Positions 26,191 through 39,570 of a DNA stretch of 64,000 nucleotides are shown one piece after another. The DNA is from Octopus sinensis (lineage: Eukaryota): NCBI RefSeq assembly GCF_006345805.1, contig NC_043008.1, forward strand, positions 70,804,001-70,868,000. The letters are read 5' to 3'. A program made the translations under genes and the position numbers. The notes beneath the pieces were generated by a model, which was not told where the DNA came from, ran no database searches, and saw only the letters and a list, made by a program, of their open reading frames with translations. The first letter of the stretch is position 1, and the number at the start of each line of letters is the position of its first letter.

Positions 26191-26954
26191 TATTTTATAT
26201 TTAATTTCTATACATATATTAATGCGGCGTAACGTACCCCTATCTCCTATGTATACACATTTTACCTTGTACGACGTGTTTACACACACTCTCTCTATAG
26301 TCTGTGTCTTTCTCTTTCCTTGCCTCTGATTCTTCCCTCATTCTTATTTGCACCGTCATTTCTATTGCTAAGCCAATCCTGTTTCTTCTCCCCTCTTTGA
26401 TTCCTTCCTCCTTTCTCTCTCCCCCCTGGTGCCTTCGTCCCTTTCTTTCTCTCTCTCTTTGATTCCTTGCACCCTGTTTTTCTTTTTCTTTCTGTTTCTT
26501 CCGTGCTCTCACGTGACCGCCTTCAAACTGGTCTTTTCGGCTTGACCGCTGCCATTCTAACGTTTGTTTTCGTTTTGCCGCAAAGGCATTTTTCAAATAC
26601 GCCAGCCAAGATAACTTAAAAATTATCTAAAGTCGTAAGACGCCCGCTGTTTTTGTCCTGCTTACCATTCTTGTTTTTTATTTCTATTTTTTGTTTCTTG
26701 TATTTATATTCGTGTCTTTGTTTCGCATACATTCGATCCTCTTTCCAAGAAATCTAATGCCTGTGACTTAGTTTTTCCTTGGGGCTGGCCAGTTCGGAGC
26801 GATATCGAGATTAAACAGCCGAAATTGCTAAGATGATCCGGTTCCGACTGAAGATTAGAGGCTTCGAGTGACCCGTCTGTTTTTTGTGTCGTCTCTTTGT
26901 GTTTTTTTGTCCCACTTTGTAATTTATATTTTATATTTAATTTCTATACATATA
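26191..26954 (+). mobile_element. ~760-bp pyrimidine-rich repeat bracketed by a 28-bp direct repeat (putative pseudo-LTR or UTR of a retroelement)
   Basis: tattttatatttaatttctatacatata at 26191-26218 and 26927-26954; lies just 3' of the Penelope-like fragment. Confidence 0.5.
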
Positions 26955-26959
26955 TATAT

Positions 26960-27008
<49 letters not shown>

Positions 27009-27009
27009 T

Positions 27010-27066
<57 letters not shown>

Positions 27067-27199
27067 ATACATATACATATATATACATTTACATGTATAT
27101 ATATACCGCACCCCACCCCACATACTCACCCCACACATCACCCTCACATACCCTCACCCACACACCCTCATCCGGCCACACACAAGTACATATCCACAC

Positions 27200-27400
27200 G
27201 TCAAAGTCACCAACCCTTATTCAGACGGAGTCGTGGACTGGCCAAGCTATCCACTTGCTTGATGGCAAGTGGTCCCCTGCGCCATTGGAATCCATATATG
27301 AGGGTCCCTTGTTAGTATCCCCGCAAGTCTGAGAATTTTTTATTCACTCCTGGAAGAATGCATTAATTATTGCAGCCTGGCTGTGTTTGTAGACCGTTGA
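27200..27400 (+). mobile_element. Probable Gypsy integrase C-terminal remnant
   Basis: APLESIYEGPLLVS/RKSENF resembles PLqppYdGPFkVl.R..K.F and is preceded by a Pro/His-rich stretch. Confidence 0.45.
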
Positions 27401-28544
27401 AAAGAATACTTTTACAAAAAAAAAGAAAAGAAAAGAACAAAATGAGAGCATTGTAGGTGCGGGTGGGTCCCCTTAGTCTCGTAGCAACCAGTATACGACG
27501 ACAGAGTTTTCGCTGGCATTAGGAAATCAATAAAAAATATTGAGAGAAGTTCAATATTCCTTGAACTTTTAACCTTATTTTGCCCCTTTGCGCTGCAAAG
27601 AGATACAAGTAGCTGATCTCATAGGTAGTTGAGACAGACTGTTGCACTATTCAAAGAAAATGCAACACGTATATGTTAAAATTTGCTACTGAATACAAAC
27701 AAAGGAGATTCTCCGAGTCACATTGTTACGGCTGCACTATCTGTGATTCTGGATGTTATAGCACCTAGAAACGAACGTAGGAGACTCTTAAGTGGTCGGT
27801 CAACTAGATTAGAAACGCCATACAAAACAAAGAAGAAAAAAATCCTCAAATGTCACGCTATTGTCATTAATAAACCAAGATATATTAACAGCTAAGTCCT
27901 TGAGATACAAAATAACAGGTTGGCTATGGCTGCACCGCCTTTGATCATACATCTGCTGAATCATAGCTGACCAAGCATTAAACGAGAACAATAATAGCAA
28001 TAACTACTGCTCAACCACACAGAGCTTGCGATGAAGCCTTTAGCTGCTTATCCAACCTGCTGAAAATAATATCTAGATCATACTCATATGAAACATTATC
28101 GTCTTATTAACCTCAAGAGCATATCTGATAATATAATGCTAGATTTATGTGTATCTCAAAAATGTAGTTATAACGGCTGTCGTGTTTTTGATATTATTAA
28201 TTTGCTGGGCCAGCACTGGCCTTGGGCTAAATAGTAACAAGAACCACAACAATACCAAACAACATCAGTGTCTGAATGTATAGCTAGTGGGGACAAGGAT
28301 GCTAATCATTTATTTAAAGAAAGAAAGAAAGAAGGAAATATTTAGAATATTTAAGGAGGAACTATTTGACATTCAATTATAAAACCGTGATGATATACCC
28401 AGACAGTCAAATCAAAGTCGCCAGGAAAATGTCCTATTATCCTATCCATAATAAATACCGAATAAATGAACAGTTCTGCATGATGTTTTTTGTGTCTCTA
28501 TTAATTTTTTTTTCTATTGCCATTTGATAAAGGAAATTGTTACT

Positions 28545-28725
28545 ATTAAAGTGCCCGACGTTAACACGCCGGGAAAACTGTTTAGCCGCATTTCGTTCGT
28601 CTTTAGATTCGAAGCTCAAATTCCGCCGAGATCGATCTCTGGACCGATAGAATAAGTACCATTCTGGAATCGATGTAATCGACTTCCCCAAAATTGCTGG
28701 CCTTGAGCCAAAATTTGTAAAAATC
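28545..28725 (+). mobile_element. SINE family A
   Basis: cgttaacacgccggg...gctcaaattccgccgagatcgatc...gatagaataagtacc...gatgtaatcgact. Confidence 0.75.
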
Positions 28726-29299
28726 ATGATGATGATGATCATTATCATCATCATCATTATTAGTATTATATAACTCGTACTGGATGACTGTGGTATAGAT
28801 TATAGCACTTTGCGCTTGCAATTTATTTCTAATTGATTCCAGTGCCTGTTATCTTCAAGTGTGTTTTGCTACATTCTTTGGTAGATCTAAGCTATTTTGA
28901 GCGCAATGGGGTAGGCGCAAAGCCTTCATAAGCCCGTTGGATGGAGTGAATATGGAATTTTTAAGGGTCAGTCATATCATAATGTATCAAGTTGATCATA
29001 TCTATGAATCCCATTATCACTACACTTTATTTCATCGTTGAAAAGATCGAAAAAGTGAAAGACTCATCATTGACACCGATGGAGATCCAGACAATATAAT
29101 AAGCAGCACCGTTAATATAGCAAGGAATAGAGATGATTAGAGATGAGAGTAATCGAAAAAAGGAGAGAACGAGAAAGAGACGAAGAAAGACAGAGAGAAA
29201 TGGAAAGAGACAAAGAGAAAGAAGGAGACATAGAGTATGATGTAGGCAGGAAAAGAAAGGAAGAAAGAGATGGAGAGAGAGAGAGAGATGAAAAGAGAG

Positions 29300-29590
29300 C
29301 ATTTCAGTTAGTTATAGTATCTGGTGCGTACTCTATCAGTGAACCGCTACGCTACAGGGACATAAATAAATCGACTACTGTCAAGTGTTGATGGTGGTGG
29401 GTATCACAATGACAAAGGTACACTCATACACAGCAAGCACATACCTATACATATACACGACGGGCCTCCATGCAGTTTCCAACTATCAGATTCACTCACA
29501 AGCCATTGGTCGGTCCAGGGCTCGGATGGAAGACACTTGCTCACATGGGTGAAAAACGAAATTCTTAACCACACAGCCATGCCTACACAC
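29300..29590 (-). mobile_element. Partial SINE family B
   Basis: gaaccgctacgctacagggacataa...acgacgggc...cactcacaag...gaagacacttgc...accacacagcc. Confidence 0.75.
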
Positions 29591-30384
29591 ATTGTTGTTT
29601 CATTTTATTTTAGAGGGAAAAAGAAGAAAAGTAAACTCAGAATGAAAAGACATATTTTAAAAAATCATGAGGTAGGGAGCCAATACGTTTGAGTACTGTA
29701 GAAGTTGGGGAGATAAATATGATAAAGGTCTGTTTGACTGTGTGTGTGTGTTTGAGTTTGGGTTTGTCCGTCTACTCAACGCGCACTACACTACTAGCTT
29801 TTCCTTCAAGTGATATACAAACCTTCATCTCATCTTAGACGCCTAGAAATAAACACGTAGGATAATGTGGTCCGGAGATGCCTGCACATAGGAAAAAGAC
29901 ATGGTCGTCATAGATACAATGCCTTTAATTATAGGTCTCAATCAGGGTTGATCAGGGTCTAAACAACAATAGGCACTTTTCCACATACTTTACTCATATC
30001 ACAATCCTTTCTTTCAGCTTCTCACACTAATAAATTCTGCTTTTTTCCCCCATAATGTACAACTCAGTACAATTACCTACTCATGCACTTCTTGCCACTA
30101 CTTATTAACATATTCATAAGTTATTTCACTTCCTCTGGCTATTCATTGATCACTCTATCAAAAGAGGCGTATCAAAGATAAAAGATATTTTCGCTATTTT
30201 CTGACTGATTGAACCGCGTGACTTTTTCGGATTTTGTTATTATTGTTTCCAAAGTACAGCCTCGCCAATTTCCTAAGATTCCAGAGATTTCACAAATATA
30301 TTAAACTCTGTCGTTTCAAACAATTTTCAATCAATGTCTAGCGGTTACGTTAGATGTTATAAACAAACAATAAACAAGCATGAG

Positions 30385-30810
30385 TCGTTAGATCGTCGCA
30401 GAAAATACCTCGCAAGATTTCTACTTTTTGCATTCTAATTCAAATTCCACTCTGTTCCATTTTGTCTTTCATCCTCCTGGGGTTGATGACGTAGAGTTTT
30501 GGGCAAATGCCGGAAATCACTTTATCTGGCTATAAACCCTTCAAAAATTGTGAGCGATTTAATCAATTGTGCCTCTACACCCATCCCTCAAATGCGTGGC
30601 CTTTTCTCATATTGATTTCACATTTTGGAACAAGGCCAGTAATATTGGGGAAAGTGTAAATCGATTTCATCGATCCCAGTAATCATCTAGTACACCGAAG
30701 GAGATGAAAGACAAAGTCAACTTCGGCGGAATTTGAACTCAGATCATGAAGACGGACGAAATACTGCAAAGCATTTTGCTCAGCGTCTTAACAACTCTGC
30801 CGAATCGCAT
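30385..30810. mobile_element. Tail-to-tail inverted pair of SINE family A copies
   Basis: + copy ~30385-30615 and - copy ~30620-30810 (gatgaaagacaaagtcaacttcggcggaatttgaactcag). Confidence 0.7.
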
Positions 30811-31494
30811 AGAAGTAATTGGTATTATTATTTTGGTTGCTGTTAAATTTCAATGCCAGCGAACTTTAATCTTTGACATAGTCACGGGGCATTAGCTGGA
30901 CATTGGATGGACATTGGCTACTGAATAAAAAATACGTTGAATAAAAACTGTCTCAGAGTATTTCGTCATATCCCTGTACATTCTGAGTTCAATTCTGAGT
31001 CCCCCAGTACTTGACTAATACATTATTTTATTGATGTCGAACCGGTGAAAGGTATTGACAGATAGCTGTCAGGTTCTGAACCTAAAATAAAACGTGACAG
31101 ATTAAATGGCTTAAGGCGACGCTCTAACAATTCTGTCATCAAACCTCCCCAATGAAACGTGACTACCTTTATCAATTCTAGAACTGAGATCCAAATCTAA
31201 CAAGAAGAGCATTAATAACAAAACGGCAACAATAATAATTTTTCTAATTTTGGCGCAAATCCAGCATTTTAAGGGTGATTACATCAACCTCAGTACTTGA
31301 CAGGTACTTATATTGCCCTCGAGAAAAAGAAAGACACACATCTGTTTTGCGTTATTTAACCAGAGAACGTAAAGAGCCGGAAGAAATGATATAAGACATT
31401 TTGTTCAATTCCTCTTGGAAAGGAATAGGAGGCAAAATAAGTACTGCAAAACATTCTGCTGACTCAAACAACTCTACCAATCCAGGCCCAAATA

Positions 31495-31521
31495 GTAATA
31501 ACAATAACAACAAAAGAAAAC

Positions 31522-31567
<46 letters not shown>

Positions 31568-31700
31568 TTGTTGATGATGATGATGATGATTATGATGATG
31601 ATGATGATGATGATGGTGACGATGATGACAACGATGACGATGATGATGATAATAATAATAATAATAATAATAATATAATAATAATAATAATAATTATAAT
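31495..31700. repeat. (AAT)/(GAT)n microsatellite
   Basis: Direct read. Confidence 0.95.
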
Positions 31701-32154
31701 AATCGCCTTAGTAATAGCAATAATAATAAACGTAGTAATAATAATGTAAATAATGGTTAATAATCATAAGAGTTGACTCGTATAAAATAACTTTGCTTTA
31801 TTATATCTACTTGTTTTCCAAGAGAAGAACCATGTGCCTAAGCTTCGCAATATTGCGAAGATAACAGAGTTCAAAGTGAAGAAGCGATGTGAAACTGTTC
31901 AATCTCATTGACTATTGGCTGTGAAATGATTTATCATCCTAATAAAAGTCAGCAACAATACAATGGTGCTTGTTAATGGACAGAGTAAAATTTGGCTGCT
32001 ATTCAGAGAAGTAGCCTTGAAGAATGAAGATGTTTAAATTAATGACTGGTCTTAACGACATACACGCATACGTGCACACGCCTTCACGTGTATGTATATG
32101 TGTATATATATATAATATAACATATACATGTGAATAAATAGATATATAAATATA

Positions 32155-32200
<46 letters not shown>

Positions 32201-32590
32201 TATATATACATTTATATATACACACATATATACACATATCTATCATCTGTCTATATGAATATATATTTCTGGCACCCACATGTTCACCAAGTCTCCCAAC
32301 GTTTTAGATACACACTAATGCACTTGCATATTTATGTGCCATCATAAACGCACACACATGTACACATACAAATACGCATATGCATGCACTTCAAAATGAG
32401 AGACACATACATACATGCATACTCATACACATGTACTATTCCTTTACTTATATAAGCATAAGTACGCTTATACATTTATGTATGTTTGTATGAATGGAGG
32501 TATGTCTATATGTATGAATATATGTTTGTACGTTTTTATATATATATATATATATGTATGTATATATATATAATATATATATATATATAT

Positions 32591-32629
<39 letters not shown>

Positions 32630-32686
32630 GCATGTATATGTGAATATATACATGAATGTATATATATATATCTATATATATATATG

Positions 32687-32733
<47 letters not shown>

Positions 32734-32778
32734 CTCTCCTTCACCACGTCTCAAATTCTATGGTCTATATCTCCCATA

Positions 32779-32816
<38 letters not shown>

Positions 32817-33606
32817 ATATATATATGTGTGTGTGTGTGTTTGTGTATGCGTGTGCATGTGTGTATGTTTGTAGACGTAGATATATACACACATGCATAC
32901 TCGTATATATATATATTATATATAGTCACAAAGGGTATATTCAAACCTCTTATTGGGACATTTATCCAAGATACACTGGTTTAATATATTAAATTTTGAA
33001 GAAATAATCCTTCAATGAATATATTATACACTATATCCTAAGATATCAAATATGTTTGTTGGAGAGATCTAATGGATACAAATTAATTTATTAATTAATC
33101 AACATATTAAACACCAATTTTTCATTTCTGAAATAAGAATAAAATTAAAACATATATAAAAATATACATTTTCATTTTAAATATCTTATAAGGAAACTAG
33201 TCCGTGTTTTCAGAGGACAATAAGTGTTACATCTTGTGTTCTTTGTCAGTTGCAGCCAGATTTTCTAAGTGGATAGTCTCTTTCATAAATCTCTCCTATC
33301 AAAATTTCCCTGATAATATCCTTTCTTTTTCCCGTTCTCTTTACAATATCTTCAAGATGTTACTTTAGTATTTAAAGAAGGACTATGTCCAAAACATTAT
33401 ACTTTTCATACTTTACATTCTCTTGTGAGCAGCAACGTAGATATATTTAATTCTGAAAAATCCTGACGATTTTTCTTATAAGGCATTTAAAATGCAAAAG
33501 TAATTTAAATCTTATTTGAGAAATGAATAAATTGATTAATATTTTGATTAATTAATAACTTAATTTGCACCTATTAGATCTCTCTGTTTTCTAACAATAT
33601 ATATAT

Positions 33607-33678
<72 letters not shown>

Positions 33679-33902
33679 AGATTCATATAAATATGGTACT
33701 TAAGTTGAAGGCACCAGAATTTAGTATGGTATTTTCCATATAATTTAAAATAAGGTGATTATAATCAAAACCAGCAACAAGGATTATCCAGAGGTAATGC
33801 AGTCGTATGAAACGATCGTACAGCATTACCTCTGGATATCGTTGTTGCTTATTTTGATTATATATACTTATATAATACACACATACGCACACATACACCC
33901 AA

Positions 33903-34023
<121 letters not shown>

Positions 34024-34418
34024 AACATGTATGCATATATACATGCATGTACACAAAATGAAATAAATGAAAGATATACATTCATGCATAGAAAGAAGGC
34101 AAAATGCATTAAATGAACTCATATAAGATTTGAACGAAGCTGAGTAAAAGGCCGTGTATCATCCTTCGGTATTCTCCACGACTGTGACACTACAAAGCAT
34201 ATTCTTACATATCTTTATATTAGTTTATAGCATATACGTAATGAGACTGTTTACGTCAGGTAGCAATAGTTAGGAAGGTATTTGAACTGGTATTGTGTGG
34301 GATTATATGTGAGTAGGAGTTTTGAAAACGTGAGAGAGAGAGTGAAGTAGAGACGGAATGGACGATGAAGAAATCTTTTCTTTTCATTCTTTCATCTACA
34401 AACAGCCTCTGCACTATA

Positions 34419-34527
34419 CAAGTGATGGGCAAACTATAGTCCACCGGAATTTCTCAATGGCACGCTCAGCGAAATTTGTGAGACGGGCCTCATGTGGCCC
34501 ACCTCTGGTAGGAGATTGCCCATACCA
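34419..34527. mobile_element. Short hAT-type MITE
   Basis: Termini caagtgatgggcaaact ... gattgcccatacc with subterminal tggccc, like CAGGGGTGGGCAAAC/GTTTGCCCACCCCTG elements. Confidence 0.5.
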
Positions 34528-34649
34528 AGGGGCATAGAAGAGAGTGTCTATGATACTACTTTTATTGAAACATTGAACATGCGCTTAGTGTGAAATTTAT
34601 TTTGACTAAACGTCATACAAAGAAATGTCTATCTTATATTTTCTACCCA

Positions 34650-34830
34650 CGGCACAAGTCCCAAAATTGAGGGGATCAGTCGATTAGATCACCACAGTGC
34701 GGAACTGGTATTTAATTTATCGACCCCGAAACGATCAAAGGCGAAGTAGATCTCGGCTGTATGTGAACTCAGAACGTAAAGACAGACGAAATACCTATTT
34801 CTTTACTACATTTCTGCCAGCTCGCCGCCT
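34650..34830 (-). mobile_element. SINE family A
   Basis: actggtatttaatttatcgaccccgaaa...gaactcagaacgtaaagacagacgaaatac...ttctgccagctcgccgcc. Confidence 0.8.
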
Positions 34831-35561
34831 TGGTCTATTTTATATTATCAGAACCAATCAAGCCGAAATGCGAACTTCATTATAACGACACACGCACATA
34901 CAGACACAGGCACACAAACACAGACAGACAGACAGAGAGACGGACAGACAGACACACTCACTGCAGGGTATTCCATTCTTGACTTACCAGTGTGTTATAT
35001 TTCGGCACATAACGGTTCCACCCTCTCTTGGAAGAAACAACTTTTCTTTTTCAAGCTCGGTGCTATTGTACCGACTGTTTTCTAAATGCGTTTTTCTTTC
35101 TACTCCTACACCTTTTACACTTAAACATTTTGTTCATTCTCCAACTCTTATCTCGACTCACCTTTACCCTTCACATCAGTCTCAAATTTACCTGCTTCTT
35201 CTCCACAATACATTCCTTTTTCTTTCAACCTCTCTCACCCTGTTTCTCTCTTCAACTAATTCCAGTTCACGTATGAAGTGCCTATAGCCTTGTGTTCTTT
35301 GTTCGTTGCAGTTCGTTTTTTCTAAGCTTTTTGTAAGTCTTTCATAAATCTCTCCTATCAAAATTTCCGTGATAATATCCTTTCTTCTTCTCCTCTTTCC
35401 AATATCTTCAACTCGTTACTTTAGTATATGAAGAAGGACTATGTTCAAAACATTATATCTTTTACTCTTTACATTCTCTTGTGAGCATCAACGTAGTTAT
35501 ATTAATTCTGAAAATCTCTGGGGATTTTGTTGTTTTTGATTTTGTCACTTCTGTTTGTTTC

Positions 35562-35610
<49 letters not shown>

Positions 35611-35825
35611 GCACACACAAACACACATACACATACACCCACATGCGCACACACACATACATATGTATATGCGTACTTACAATATGCACATACACATATG
35701 CTGACTGTTGACATTTTATCAAGCATGAGCATGTGTGCGCTAAAATTACAGATGTAATGATGTATAGAGATACACACACACATATTCATATAAATACATA
35801 CATATATACAACTATATATGTATAC

Positions 35826-35881
<56 letters not shown>

Positions 35882-36140
35882 ATCAATCTATCTATCTATC
35901 TGTCTGTCTGTCTGTCTGTCTGCCTGTCTGTCTCTACCTCTCTCCCCCTCTCTCTGTATATATATATATATGTACATAACTGCGTATTTACACGCATGCC
36001 TTTACGCATACGCATGCATATATATCTATATGGTTAAATGTATATATATATACATAAATATATTTATGTACATATATACACATATATCACGCACATACGC
36101 GTACATATATGTATGTGCATATACATATATGTATATGTAT

Positions 36141-36193
<53 letters not shown>

Positions 36194-36412
36194 CAATCTC
36201 CATCTATATATATATATATATTATATACTCACACAGACACAGACATAAACATGCACATTTCATATCACGTGGGTTAAAATGTAAACACATCTGTAATGAA
36301 GTTCTGAAGTGCTGGCTAACAGAGTTCGACCCGGTCATGGAAGTGTAATTGTCTTAGCATGAATATTTGCATATACATACATAATACATACATGCATACT
36401 CACGCGCACACA

Positions 36413-36468
<56 letters not shown>

Positions 36469-37080
36469 ACCCAATATATGAGTATGAAAGACGTGTATGT
36501 TAAGAATTTAAATTGTTAGATAGTACTGCATTATATAATGCGTAATATATAAAAGGGGACATGATTTATAGTCGCCATTAGAAAAAAATAGCCAATCACA
36601 TTGATGATAGATTATATAGATCTGCTGGTTTAAGTGTGATAGGTTAATTTATGGTTTAGTTATTCATAGCTTATAGGAACGACTTATTTCAAAGACGCTT
36701 GAATCAAGTGATCAATTTATCGCATTGACTATTTATATTCGATTTAATTCTACTTATATGGATCATCTGGAATACATAAAGCCCGCACAAGTATCTCCAC
36801 ACATATGCGGCTATATATTACGACGGATCAAGCGATTTTCTATTGAATGTCATTACTGGTGAGAGAATGCAAAAAATTAGACAAGCGTTTCTCGCAATGA
36901 AGTTTCAATTTGGTTGAGGATGTACCCATACAAACAGAAGCATGTTGTATTAGATGTCGTAGGATCTAATGCAATTTGATTATTATTTATACAACCGATA
37001 CCTCCATACTAGGTAACGGTTATTATTCTCAGTCATGTGATCCTGTTTTACCTTACTATTTTTAGCTGCCGGTACTGACT

Positions 37081-37171
<91 letters not shown>

Positions 37172-37173
<2 letters not shown>

Positions 37174-37335
37174 GGCGAGCTGCGCAGAACAAAATGCTTA
37201 GCGGCAGTTTTATCTTCGTATTTACATTCTGTACTCAAATCCCGGCTTTTCCAGGAAGCGTTTTAAGATATCAGTTCAGCACTGGGGTCTAATCCCATTC
37301 CCCAAAATGTCAGGCCTTGTACATTTATTAGAAAG
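37172..37335 (+). mobile_element. SINE family A with internal deletions, inserted after (CTA)/(TTA)n
   Basis: cggcgagctgcgcagaac head, gtactcaaatccc, cactggggtctaatc, aaaatgtcaggccttgt tail. Confidence 0.7.
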
Positions 37336-37354
37336 CATCATCATCATCATCATT

Positions 37355-37530
37355 AGGTGCAAGAATGGCTGTGTGGTAAATAGTTTGCTTACTAGCCACA
37401 TGGTTCCGGGTTCAATCCCACTGCGTGGTACCTTGGGCAAACTGCCTTCTACTATAGCCTCGGGCCTACCACAGCCTTGTGAGTGGAATTGGTAGGCGAA
37501 AACTGAAAGAAGCCCGTGGTATATACATGT

Positions 37531-37567
<37 letters not shown>

Positions 37568-37815
37568 GTGTGTGTGTGTGAGTGTGTGCGCGCGTGTGTA
37601 TATATGTATGTGTGTCTGTGTTTGTACCTTTACCATCGCTTGACAACCGATGCTGACATGTTTACGTCCCCGTAACTTAGCGGTTCGGCAAAAAGATATC
37701 GATAGAATAAGTACTAGGCTTACAAAGAATAAGTCCTGGAGTCGATTTGTTCGACTAGAAGGCGGTGCTCCAGCATGGCCACAAATGACGGAAACACATA
37801 AAAGAATAAAAGAAT
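37355..37815 (+). mobile_element. Near full-length SINE family B (tRNA head, CORE-like segment, internal (GT)n)
   Basis: A box tggctgtgtgg 37366-37376, B box ggttcaatccc ~37409-37419, ccttgggcaa segment, internal microsatellite, 3' ...gaaacacataaaagaataaaaga. Confidence 0.9.
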
Positions 37816-37841
37816 TATTATTAATATTAGTAGTGGTGGTG

Positions 37842-37885
<44 letters not shown>

Positions 37886-38779
37886 TGTTGTTGTTGTTGT
37901 AGTAGTAGAATTAGTAGATTTAATTGTCAATTCACAGCTATTGTTGCTTATATTAAATCTATTCCCAGTACACCAATTATGATAGACATTTGAAACCTTA
38001 TTCCTGCTTGCATATATACTAAAGTTTATACCGGCGTAACAGTATTAATATCATTATAATTAGACATTTTATATTTGTAATGAGCATCATAATTTTTTTT
38101 ATTGTACTAAACAGAATTTAGTGTTTGAAATTTATCAACATTTCAACTTTCATTATTCCTTTCATAACTATCATTAATTGTTCAGTCGTTTCTATCATAG
38201 ATTTGTTTGTTTCTAGTATTGATATTATAATTTCCTATAGTATAATTTTTCTCATAAGAGCTGGAATTATTAATAATCGGAGTGGATCGGCCAGTATATT
38301 ATTCCACATACTTGTAGCGTAGGCAATATCACAGCAGTTCGGAAAGCAAGTTAATTTTTCTTTATGGTTAAACCTTGCTGGGCGTTTGGGATAACTACTG
38401 TTGAAATATCCATTGAGATGTGACCAAGTGCTAAATAAAAACAATAACATGAAAAGCTAAAACAACCAAAATTACAGCTACACAGAGAATAAAAATTTGA
38501 GAAACCCACGTTCTTGAAACCCACATCACATAAAGAAAGCACAATCACACAATTATACAAGTGAATCGCACTTCGTTACAAATATACACAGAAGCAGACA
38601 ACCAGCTACATTGACGACTACACAACTCGACACATACACATACGTGTGTGCGCCAGCACGCGTGAACTCACATGGCTTCGAAGGAATAGACGGATTCAGT
38701 AAGTCTAATCGGATTAAGCATGTATCACCTCCGCACCTGGATCAACACTCCCGAATAACTCATCACAATTACAACAGTA

Positions 38780-38811
<32 letters not shown>

Positions 38812-39399
38812 CGTGCGTGTATGTGTGTATATATATATGTATATACATATATATATGTGTGTGTGTGTGTATATATAAACGCGTGTGTAAGTACGTATGT
38901 ATAATGTATACACACGCATACATGTATGTATACACACACATACTTGCATGTATACACACATTTATGTGTGTGTGCATGTTTGTATCTGTGTGTCTGTCTG
39001 TATCTACCTATCTTTATGTATGCATGTGTATATGTGTGTATCTATGCACATATAATTCTGGTTTGCTTCAGGAGCCGTCTACTGAAATTAGCAGTATACA
39101 TGCAGACTCTATTCACCCACACTCTAACTCTCACACACAAACCCTCTCACAGACACGTAAAATCATAGAAAAACCATAGCTGTCGATTGTAAGTGTTTAT
39201 GACCTGGTAAGAGACAGCCAGGTTCTGCTAATTGTCTTAGGAGCATGTGGAGTCGGAAGCAGACATGGCTCCCCTGTGGACATTCTTAGTCTTGGCCAAG
39301 TGATTTGCTGAGGATATGACAGCTGGAGTGAATGAGAGCGTGAGTAAGAGATAGATAGAGAGTGTGTGAGAGAGAAAGAGAAAGAATGAGAGAGAGAAA

Positions 39400-39570
39400 G
39401 AGAGGAAGTTACAATAACTATGCTTTCTACATGTTTCAGTTGAGTAGTCTAGAACTACGTGAAATGAAATACATCGACCGAGGAAAGCCACAACGATCCA
39501 CTCAATCCCGGAATCGAACCCGCTAACTTATGGTTGTAAGTCCATCGACTTAAACTCGAAACACGAAGCC
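39400..39570 (-). mobile_element. Degraded tRNA-headed SINE (other family)
   Basis: Minus strand gcgggttcgattccgg B box followed by cgttgtg...ttcatttcacgt...actcaactg, like the SINE at 48745. Confidence 0.6.

Noticed and set aside
26240-26596. 118-aa charged ORF
   Set aside because: Antisense translation of a pyrimidine-rich tract inside a repeat.
39422-39488. Minus-strand gctttc...GAAAC-AT-GTA-gaaagc hammerhead-like fold
   Set aside because: It has no CUGANGA core and the interior is explained as the body of a degraded SINE.
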